DNA from: the human T2T-CHM13v2.0 reference genome, Homo sapiens
DNA length: 64,000 bases
NCBI RefSeq assembly: GCF_009914755.1
Contig: NC_060931.1
Direction: 5' to 3' (one strand)
The notes under the pieces: generated by a model
The model's input: the letters and a program-made list of their open reading frames with translations, nothing else
The model's database searches: none
Told to the model about the DNA's origin: nothing
Shown: positions 42,560-51,705 of the stretch, in pieces
How the letters are laid out: every line of letters starts with the position of its first letter
Numbering within the stretch: position 1 is the stretch's first letter
Made by a program: the position numbers and the translations under genes

Positions 42560-43515
42560 AATGAGAAGACAGGACATACGCACAAAATACTACATGATAA
42601 TTGTTATTAAGAAAAATAAAGTAATGGAGTGGAATAAAAATGTTGGGAATTTAAACGGAGATGAGGTCAGGGAGGTAACAGGATGCAAGATCATATAGCT
42701 AACAGCAATGGCTTATTCTGAGGCAAATAGTAACTGACTTCTTTGAAGGTTTTAAGAAAAGTGATGTAATCTGAATTTAACTTCAAAATAATTACTATGT
42801 TGTGATTAAAATAGAATAAAGGGAGTAGGGGTGAACTCAGATAACTGGTTAAGAGTCAACTGTAGTAACCCATGTAGGAAATAAGGAAAAGTCAGACCTG
42901 TGTAGGTGTCATGGAGCTGATGAGAGGTGACTAGAATCTAGATGTTTTGAAATACAGCTGATAAGATTTACTGATATATCAAATATTAGACATGAGAAGA
43001 AAAGAGTCATCATACAGGATTGCAAGATTTTGAACTAGGGCAATGGAATTGGAGCTAACTGAGATAAAGATACAAAGAAACAAGGTTAAGGGAAGAGAAT
43101 GGAAATCCAGAGTTTGATTTAGACAAGTTAGCATTGAGATGCTCATTATCACCTAAGTCTAGATTTCAATTAGGCAATTGCATATCTGAGTTAGAAGTTC
43201 AAATAGAGGTACTAGATAGAGTCATACATTTGGGGATTATTATATAGATGGCATTTCATGCCATAAAAAAAGACACAATAAAATTTCATAGGAGTTTCTG
43301 TAAATAGTGACAAGAGCCAAAGGCTGAGCCCCAAATACTGCAATATGATGGAGATCAAAAGAAGCTGAGAAAGAGCAGCAGTGAAATATGAAAGAAAAAC
43401 TGGGAGAGCAAGATGTCCTGGAAATTGAGCGAGGTGGTAAAGAAAGGTATCACATCTGCATCAGGTACTGCTGTTAGAACAAGAAGGTACAGCAACTGCA
43501 TCAGGTGCTTCTGAT
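42560..43515 (-). mobile_element. L2 LINE fragment, continuing at ~48220-48380 after the HERV-W insert
   Basis: Purine-rich L2 motifs 'gatgaggtcagggaggtaacagg', 'ataagatttactgat...ttagacatgag', 'ttgagatgctcatt'; resumes 'gtaagatgaagactga'. Confidence 0.7.
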
Positions 43516-44121
43516 AGAAAAGAAGGATGAAAGTGGTCCAATATTACTCACCACTTATTCTGTCTTATCCTTCCTTAGAACTGGAGGAAAATACCGGGCA
43601 CCTGTCGGCCAGTTAAAAACGATTAGCATGGCCACCGGACTTAAGACTCATGTGTGAAGCTATCTGGGGAAGGACTTTCTAACAACCTGGGTTGGGGACA
43701 TTGGTCTGCCTGGAGCCAGCTTCCACTTTCAATTTTCTTGGGGAAGCCAAGGGCCGACTAGAGGCAGAAAGCTGTTGTCCCAAATTCCCGGCATTAGCTG
43801 GTTGAGATCATGGCGCAGCCAGAAGTCTCTACTCAACAGTCGCCCATGCCTGCGCCCCTACCTTTCCTTCTGACCCATACCTCCTGGGTCCCGACCACAA
43901 CTTTCTTGAAAGTGTAGCCCCAAAATTCTCCTTACCTCTGAATCTACTACTGATCCCTGCCTCCTGGGTACTAATGGTTCAGACTTTCATTTCCTCTAGC
44001 AAGTTGTATTTCCAAAGGGATCCAAGGAAGCTCTATGCTGTGTCCTTAGGCACCTAGGCTATAACCCAGGTGGGACCCATTCCCCACCACCCTTGCCAGG
44101 GCCCCAAGTTTGTAATAACTA

Positions 44122-44375
44122 AGAGAGAGAGATGGAGAGAGAGAGAGAGAGAGGGAGGAGAGAGAGAGAAAGACGGAGGGGAGAGAGAGAGATGGAGGGG
44201 AGAGAGAGAGAGACAGAGGGGAGAGAGAGAGAGAGAGACAGAGGGGAGAGAGAGAGAGAGAGAGAGATGGGGGAGAGAGAGAGAGAGAAATGGAGGAGAG
44301 AGACAGAGACAAAGAAGGAGTCAAATAGGAAAAGAAAGAGAAAGATAAAAATAGTAAGAAAAAAAAAAGAAAAAA
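44122..44375 (+). repeat. GA-rich low-complexity tract of the HERV-W pre-gag region
   Basis: (GA)n/GGAG repeats; the poly-ER and poly-SL ORFs here are artefacts of this tract. Confidence 0.9.
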
Positions 44376-44521
44376 ACCAGTGTGCCCTATTCCTTTAAAA
44401 GCCAGGGTAAATTTAAAACTATAATTGATAATTGAAGGTCTTCTCCATGACCCTATAATACTTCAATATTACCTTGTTGTCAGTGTAAACAAGGGCGTAG
44501 CCTGAAAACACTGAGACCACT

Positions 44522-44964
44522 GCTAATCTCAAAGGATAAGTTTATCACTCAGTCAGCTGCAGACATTAGGAAAAAACTTCAAAAGTCTGCCTTAGACACG
44601 AAGCAAAACTTAGAAACCCTATTGAACTTGGCAATCTCGGTTATTTATAATAGAGATCAGGAGGAGCAGGTGGAACGGGACAAATGAGATTAAAAGAAAG
44701 GCCACTGCTTTAGTCATGGCCCTCAGGCAAGCAGACTTTGGAGGTTCTGGAAAAGGGAAAAGCTGGGCAAATTGAATGCCTAATAGGGGTTGCTTCCAGT
44801 GTGTTCTACAAGGACACTTTAAAAAAGACTGTCCAAGTAGAAATAAGCCGCCGCCTTGTCCATGCCTCTTATGTCAAGGGAATCACTGGAAGGCCCATTG
44901 CCCCAGGGGACGAAGGTCCTCTGAGTCAGAAGACACTAACCAGATGATCCAGCAGCAGGACTGA
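44522..44964 (+). pseudogene. HERV-W gag C-terminal remnant (end of CA plus NC zinc knuckles)
   Basis: 'KDKFITQSAADIRKKLQK'; CCHC knuckles CFQCVLQGHFKKDC and CLLCQGNHWKAHC; ends QQQD*; internal stop present. Confidence 0.9.
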
Positions 44965-47566
44965 GGGTGCCCAGGGCAAGCGCCAGCCCATGCCATCACC
45001 CTCACAGAGCCCCGGGTATGCTTGACCATTGAGGGTCAGGGGGTTAACTGTCTCCTGGACACTGGCACGGCCTTCTCAGTCTTACTCTCCTGTCCTGGAC
45101 AACTGTCTTCCAAATCTGTCACTATCTGAGGGGTCCTAGGACAGCCAGTCACTAGATACTTCTCCCAGCCACTAAGTTATGACTGGGGAACTTTACTCTT
45201 TTCACATGCTTTTCTAATTATGCCTGAAAGCCCCACTCTCTTGTTAGGGAGAGACATTCTAGCAAAAGCAGGGGCCATTATACACCTGAACATAGGAGGA
45301 GGAACACCCATTTGTTGTCCCCTGCTTGAGGAAGGAATTAATCCTGAAGTCTGGGCAACAGAAGGACAATATGGATGAGCAAAGAATGCCTGTCCTGTTC
45401 AAGTTAAACTAAAGGATTCCGCCTCCTTTCCCTACAAAAGGCAAGTACCCCCTTAGACCTGAGGCCCAACAAGGACTCCAAAAGATTGTTAAGGACCTAA
45501 AAGCCCAAGGCCTAGTAAAACCATGCAATAGCCCTTGCAAGACTCCAATTTTAGGAGTACAGAAACCCAGCGGACAGTGGAGGTTAGTGTAAAATCTCAG
45601 GATTATCAATGAGGCTGTTGTTCCTCTATACCCAGCTATAGCTAATTCTTATACTCTGCTTTCCCAAATACCAGAGGAAGCAGAGTGGTTTACAGTCCTG
45701 GACCTTAAGGATGCCTTTGTCTGCATCCCTGTACATCCTGACTCTCAATTCTTGTTTGCCTTTGAAGATTCTTCGAACCCAGTGTCTCAACTCACCTGGA
45801 CGGTTTTACCCCACGGGTTCAGGGATAGCCCCATCTATTTGGCCAGGCATTAGCCCAAGAATTGAGCCAATTCTCATACCTCCACACTCTTGTCCTTCGG
45901 GATGTGGATGATTTACTTTTAGCCACCCGTTCAGAAATCTTGTGCCATCAAGCCACCCAAGTGCTCTTTAATTTCCTCATCACCTGTGGCTACAGGTTTC
46001 CAAACCAAAGGCTCAGGTCTGCTCACAGCCGTTTAAATACTTAGAGCTAAAATTATCCAAAGGCACCAGGGCCCTCAGTGAGGAACGTATCCAGCCTATA
46101 CTGGCTTATCCTCATTCCCAAACCCTACAGCAACCAACAGTGTTCCTTGGCATAACAGGTTTCTGTCGAATATGGATTCCCAGGTATGGCGAAATAGCCA
46201 GACCATTATATACACTAATTAAGGAAACTCAGAAAGCCAATACCCATTTAGTAAGATGGACATCTGAAGCAGAAGCGGCTTTCCAGGCCCTAAAGAAGGC
46301 CCTAACCCAAGCCCCAGTGTTAAGCTTGCCAACGGGGCAAGACTTTTCTTTATATGTCACAAAAAAACAGGAATAGCTCTAGGAGTCCTTACACAGGTCC
46401 AAGGGATGAGCTTGCGACCCGTGGCATACCTGAGTAAGAAAATTGATGTAGTGGCAAAGGGTTGGCCCCATTGTTTACAGGTAGTGGCAGCAGTAGCAGT
46501 CTTAGTATCTGAAACAGTTAAAATAATACAGGGAAGAGATCTTACTGTGTGGACATCTCATGATGTGAATGGCATACTCACTGCTAAAGGAGACTTGTGG
46601 CTGTCAGACAACCATTTACTTAAATATCAGGCTCTATTACTTGAAGGGCCAGTGCTGCAACTGCGCACTTGTGCAACTCTTAACCCAGCCACATTTCTTC
46701 CAGGCAATGAAGGAAAAAAAGAACATAACTGTCAACAAGTAATTGCTCAAACCTACCCCACTGAAGGGGACCTTTTAGAGGTTCCCTTGACTGATCCTGA
46801 CCTCAACCTGTATACTGATGAAAGTTCCTTTGTAGAAAATGGACTTTGAAAAGTGGGCTATGCTGTGGTCAGTGATAATGGAATACTTGAAAGTAATCCC
46901 CTCACTCCAGGAACTAGTGCTCAGCTGGCAGAACTAATAGCCCTCACTCAGGCACTAAAATTAGGAGAAGGAAAAAGGGTAAATATATATGCAGACTCTA
47001 AGTATGCTTACCTAGTCCTTCATGCCCACGCAGCAATATGGAGAGAAAGGGAATTCCTAACTTCCGAGGGAACACCTATCAAACATCAGGAAGCCATTAA
47101 GAAATTATTATTGGCTGTACAGAAACCTAAAGAGGTGGCAGTCTTAGACTGCCAGCGTCATCAGAAAGGAAAGGAAAGGGAAATAGAAGGTAACTGCCAA
47201 GTGGATATTGAAGTCAAAAGAGCCGCAAGGCAGGACCCTCCATTAGAAATGCTTATAGAAGGACCCCTACTATGGGGTAATTCCCTCCGGGAAACCAAGC
47301 CCCAGTACTCAGAAGAAGAAATAGAATGGCGAACCTCACAAGGACATAGTTTCCTCCCATCAGGATGGCTAGCCGCTGACAAAGGAAGAATACTTTTGCT
47401 TGCAGCTAACCAATGGAAATTACTTAAAACCCTTCACCAAACCTTCCACTTAGGCATTGATAGCACCCATCAGATGGCCAAATTATTATTTACTGGACCA
47501 GGCCTTTTCAAAACTATCAAACAAATAGTCAGGGCCTGTGAAGTGTGACAAAGAAATAATCCCCTG
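44965..47566 (+). pseudogene. HERV-W pro-pol remnant (protease, RT, RNase H, start of integrase), disrupted
   Basis: Protease LLDTG; RT 'WFTVLDLKDAF' and VDD motif as 'DVDDLLL'; 'FLGITGFCRIWIP'; RNase H 'SAQLAELIALTQAL...NIYADSKYAY'; integrase 'HQTFHLG...VRACEV*'. Confidence 0.93.
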
Positions 47567-47869
47567 CACTGCAGGCCACACATTTCAATCCCTGTGTTTA
47601 ACCTCCTTGTTAAGTTTGTCTCTTCCAGAATAAAAGCTGTAAAACTACAAATAGTTCTTCAAATGGAGCCCCAGATGCAGTCCATGACTAAGATCTACCG
47701 CGGACCCCTGGACCAGCCTGCTAGCCCGTGCTCTGATGTTAATGACATTGAAGGCACCCCTCCCAAGGAAATCTCAACTGCACAACCCCTACTACGCCCC
47801 AATTCAGCAGGAAGCAGTAAGAGTGGTTGTCAGCCAACCTCCCCAACAGCACTTGGGTTTTCCTATTGA
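47561..47869 (+). pseudogene. HERV-W env remnant (tiny SU piece plus TM cytoplasmic tail; syncytin-1 paralogue)
   Basis: FNLLVKFVSSRIKAVKLQIVLQMEPQMQSMTKIYRGPLDQPASPCSDVNDIEGTPPKEISTAQPLLRPNSAGS closely matches the HERV-W Env/syncytin-1 C-terminus. Confidence 0.92.
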
Positions 47870-47879
47870 GAGGGGGGAC

Positions 47880-48196
47880 TGAAAGACAGTACTAGCTGGA
47901 TTTCCTAGGCCAACTAAAAATCCCTAAGCCTAGCTGGGAAGGTGACCACATCCACCTTTAAACACGGGGCTTGCAACTTAGCTCACACCTGACCAATCAG
48001 AGAGCTCACTAAAATGCTAATTAGGCAAAAACAGGAGGTAAAGAAATAGCCAGTCATCTGTTGTGTGAGAGCACAGCGGTAGGGACAATGATTGGGATAT
48101 AAACCCAGGCATTCGAGCCGGCAATGGCAACCCCCTTTGGGTCCCCTTCTTTTGTATGGGAGCTCTGTTTTCACTCTATTAAGACATGCAACTGCA
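47880..48196 (+). promoter_or_regulatory. LTR17 U3-R (3' LTR of the retrocopy) with CCAAT and TATA boxes
   Basis: Follows PPT gagaggggggac; 'tgaaagacagtactagctggatttcctagg'; CCAAT at ~47993; 'gatataaa' at ~48097; truncated at the poly(A) site. Activity not shown. Confidence 0.85.
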
Positions 48197-48396
48197 AAAA
48201 AAAAAAAAAAGAAAGAAAAAGAAAGGTAAGATGAAGACTGATAATTTACTATTTATTATAGAAACATGGGAGGCATTGATGTCCTGCTAAGATTGTTGTC
48301 AGTAGAATAGTGAGTTCCAGAAAGAATGAGCTATAGCCAATTATTTTGAGGTATTTTGCTATAAAGAATACCAAATGGAGAAGCATGCAGAGGAAA

Positions 48397-48397
<1 letters not shown>

Positions 48398-48437
<40 letters not shown>

Positions 48438-48640
48438 CATATATATATAACATCTCTCTCTCCCTCTCTCTATAGTTATATTTATAATTATATGTATATA
48501 AATACATATATATAACCCTCTCTACATACAAAGTTATATATATATAGAGAGAGATAGTTTTATGTAGGGTTACATATAGAGATATATCTCTATATATTTA
48601 GTTATATATATAAATATATTTTCTCTATATATATATAAAG
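48398..48640. repeat. (TG)n microsatellite followed by TA-rich low-complexity sequence
   Basis: About 16 TG units at 48398-48430, then degenerate (TA)n. Confidence 0.9.
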
Positions 48641-49082
48641 AAAAAAGTTTGTATATTTGTATTTGTCTGTTTTGAGATAAGAGAAATATGACTATTTGAG
48701 GGATGGGAATAATTATCATATAAATAGACAATAGTTAAGGATGAAGAAGATCATTGCTTGTGCAAATGTCCTTTCACAGCCAAAACAAGATAGTATGTAT
48801 TGCCAAATTGAGTGCAATTTAATGAGTAATAGAAACTGTAAATACATACATCTGAGCCACTATTTGACCAGAAAAATGGGAGAAAAAAATACATATCTGA
48901 AATTCATCTATACGTTATTTGAAAGAGTTCCATTTATAACCATTAGAGATATTTCACAGCTGTTTGTTTCCTTGTATTATTTTTGTCAAATTTGATGTTG
49001 GTGTTATGCTCAATTCATAACATCAATTAGAAACCTCAAACTTTGTTTTTAATTTTGAGTACATATTTTCATATTTTGATAT

Positions 49083-49431
49083 TTATGCAGAATTTTTGCC
49101 CCTGAATTTCAACCTCAGCGTCACTCCCATGGTTACATTTGGCAAAAGAAACATTGAATACACAACTAAAGTTACTAATTAGCTGACCTTAAAATAGAAG
49201 ATTATCCTGGATTATGAAGTAGATGCCAATGTAATTACTCAAGCCCTGAAAGGAAGACATCAGTCAGATGTGGCAGAAAAGGAAATAAGAGATATTTTAA
49301 GTATCAAAATGACATGGAGTGACCATGTGGAAAACTTGCAAAGGGAATAAATTTGACTAATAACTAGTGACTGCAGAAAAGGAACCCAAAGCACAAATAA
49401 GAGTCTAGTCCTAGCTGACATCTTGATTGCA
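49083..49431 (+). mobile_element. MLT1 (MLT1E-like) LTR, 5' part; 3' part at ~52905-53038
   Basis: 'aattagctgaccttaaaatagaagattatcctggattat', 'ctgacatcttgattgcag'; resumes 'gagcagagaatccaaccatgctgtgctgaacttctg...aatagaaaactaata'. Confidence 0.75.
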
Positions 49432-49598
49432 GTATTTATTTTTATTTCCAAATTTTATTTTAGTTTCAGGGATAGGTGTGCAGGTTTGTTACATAGGTAA
49501 ATTGTGTGCCAAAGGGGTTTGGTGTACAGATTATTTCATCACCCCGATAATAATAACATAGTACTCAGTAGGTAGCTTTCTGATTTTCACCCTCCTCC

Positions 49599-51213
49599 TG
49601 ATGGCAGCAGTGGGCCATCTGGAGTGGCCACTGTCATCATGCCAGCAGCAGCAGGGAGGCCTGGCTGGGGCTGCACCCTCAGTGGTACTGACAGCAGCCA
49701 GGGATAAGTTGGAGCCTCGCCCTGTCTGAGCTAGGGTGGGAGCTCTCCATGTGCCACCGCAGCTGCCCAAAACGTGGCTGCTGACCTGGGCCTCCCACTC
49801 CACAGAGCAGGCAGGAGCTCCACCCTCCCAGGCACAGCTGCAGCTGCCAAAACTAGGATTGTGGAACTAGGAATCCCTGCACTCTTGGGGGCCCAGGAAG
49901 TCACCCCCTTGCCCTTGCAGACTTGGAGGTGCCTGCTTCCTGGCCTCTCCCTGCTCCTAGTGCCTGCTCTGGAGCAGGCTTGGGGCTGAGCCCAGGCACT
50001 GTCACAGCCTGGCAGGGTGTGCACATGCTCAGGCCCTGCAACCTTGGTCCCCTCCAGACTTTGGGATCTGTGAAGTATGGCGGGAAGCTGATGGGGGCGG
50101 CTGAGAGTGGCTCAGTGCTGGCCTTCAGGTGCCCCTTGATGTGAGCAGCCTGGGTGCCATGGATGGCGACAGGAGATAGCCAGGCTCCTGGGCAGGAGGG
50201 TTGGGTCCCTGGTGAGTCCCCACCTTGAGGAAAGGACAGGGCTGAAGGCTGAGGGCCAAGCTGCCGGTCTCGTGGACTGGAGTGGGAACTTGTGGTACTT
50301 TCCTGTGCTCACCTATGGATGTCTGTGCACCAATTACCATGTATTTCCTCTCCTCTGAGGCACATAAATGCCCCAGGATCAGCCAGAGCAAAGACAATGG
50401 GGAAACCAGCTGCAAGCAGAGCTACCATCTCTCCCCAGAGCTGCAGATGATAGGACAAACAGCTGCAGAGAGGGGGTACCCTCTCTGCTAGGAGCTGAAC
50501 ACTCATTGAGAGACCCTGGCTATGGAGAGATGCTGCCCACTGCAGGTCTTCTCTGAGCTGTTCTCTTGCTCAGTAAATCCCCTCTTTGTCTTGCTCACCC
50601 TCCACTTCTCTGTATACTTCATTTTTCCTGGTTGTAGGACAAGAACTCATGACCTACTGAATGGTGAGGCTGCAAGAGCTGCCGTAACACAAACAAGGCT
50701 GAAACATGCTTATTGCTCACCATGTTGTGGGCAAAGAGAAAAAGAGAAGAGCTGTGGCCTTTCGGGGAATCCAGACCTGGAAACTCCCTTAGCCAGGGCT
50801 GTGACTGCCTCTTTGCGGCCCTGTGATTCCTGGCACCTCCAAGCTTCCCAGTGCCACCACGTCCACTAGTGCCAGCTGGGGAGGCACTTTGGGATGCACC
50901 TTTCAAGCCACAGCCTTCCAGGGAGCTGGCACCTATGCTGGACCTTAAAATAGAACTGGAACCTGGAGCTGCCCACCCCATAAGCAGCATGCAGAGGCTG
51001 GACCCCACACTTGCTCACACACCCATTGCCACTCCATGCCTGACTCCAATCTCCCTTGCAGGCATGGGATCCAGGGTTGTAGCATGAGCCAAATGCAGCC
51101 TGCCAGGCCAAGTGAGGGGAATGAGCCCACCAAGCCCAAGCACAACTCTACCTTTGGCACCACCAGCCACAGATTCCTGCCAGAAAAGTGACACCCCAAA
51201 AAATCCCTTAACA
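49599..51213 (+). mobile_element. MER52-type long solo LTR (ERV1)
   Basis: GC-rich 1.6 kb block with termini TGATGGCAGC...GAAAAGTGACACCCCAAAAAATCCCTTAACA; L1 sequence is continuous across it. Confidence 0.85.
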
Positions 51214-51498
51214 TTTCCACCCTCTACCACCCTGAAGTAATTCCTTGTGTCTATAGTCCCTTTCTTGTATTCATGTGTACTCAATGTTTAGCTCCCACTT
51301 GTAAGTAAGAATGTACAATATTTGGTTTTCTGTTCCTGCATTAGTTCACTTAGGCTAATGGTCTCCAGCTCCATCTATGTTGCTGCAAAAGGCACGATCC
51401 TGTTCTTTTCAATGGCTGTGTAGTATTCCATGGTATATATCTACCACATTTTCTTTATCCAGTCTACTGTTGATGGGCATTTAGGTTGATTTCATATC

Positions 51499-51705
51499 TT
51501 TGACTAATAACTAGTGACTGCAGAAAAGGAACCCAAAGCACAAATAAGAGACTAGTCCTAGATGACATCTTGATTCTAGTATTTTTTTTTCTTTCCAAAT
51601 TTTATTTTAGTTTCAGGGACAGGTGTGCAGGTTTGTTACATAGGTAAGTTGTGTGCCAAAGGGGTTTGGTGTACAGATTATTTCATCACCCAGATAATAA
51701 TAACA
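51499..51705 (+). repeat. 207 bp direct copy of 49352-49558
   Basis: 'tttgactaataactagtgactgcagaaaagg...gataataataaca' present at both sites, about 9 differences by eye. Confidence 0.95.

Larger units (their letters stand above)
43528..48210 (+). mobile_element. HERV-W (HERV17/LTR17) processed pseudogene, L1-retroposed, with internal deletions
   Basis: HERV-W pre-gag leader, GA-rich tract, gag C-terminus, pro, pol, env C-terminus, PPT, then a 3' LTR with U3-R only ending 'gcaactgc' plus poly(A). No 5' LTR and no U5. Imperfect TSD agaaaagaaggatgaa (43516-43531) / agaaaggtaagatgaa (48220-48235). Confidence 0.93.

Noticed and set aside
44046-44398. Poly-ER and poly-SL ORFs
   Set aside because: Artefacts of the GA-rich repeat.
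47594-47869. Syncytin-1 (ERVW-1) gene
   Set aside because: Only the TM tail remains, the 12-nt signature deletion is absent, and the element is a processed pseudogene.
49531-51284. Dense cluster of overlapping ORFs, possible CpG-island gene
   Set aside because: Explained by the GC-rich MER52 LTR, which has few stops; CpGs are mostly decayed to TG/CA.
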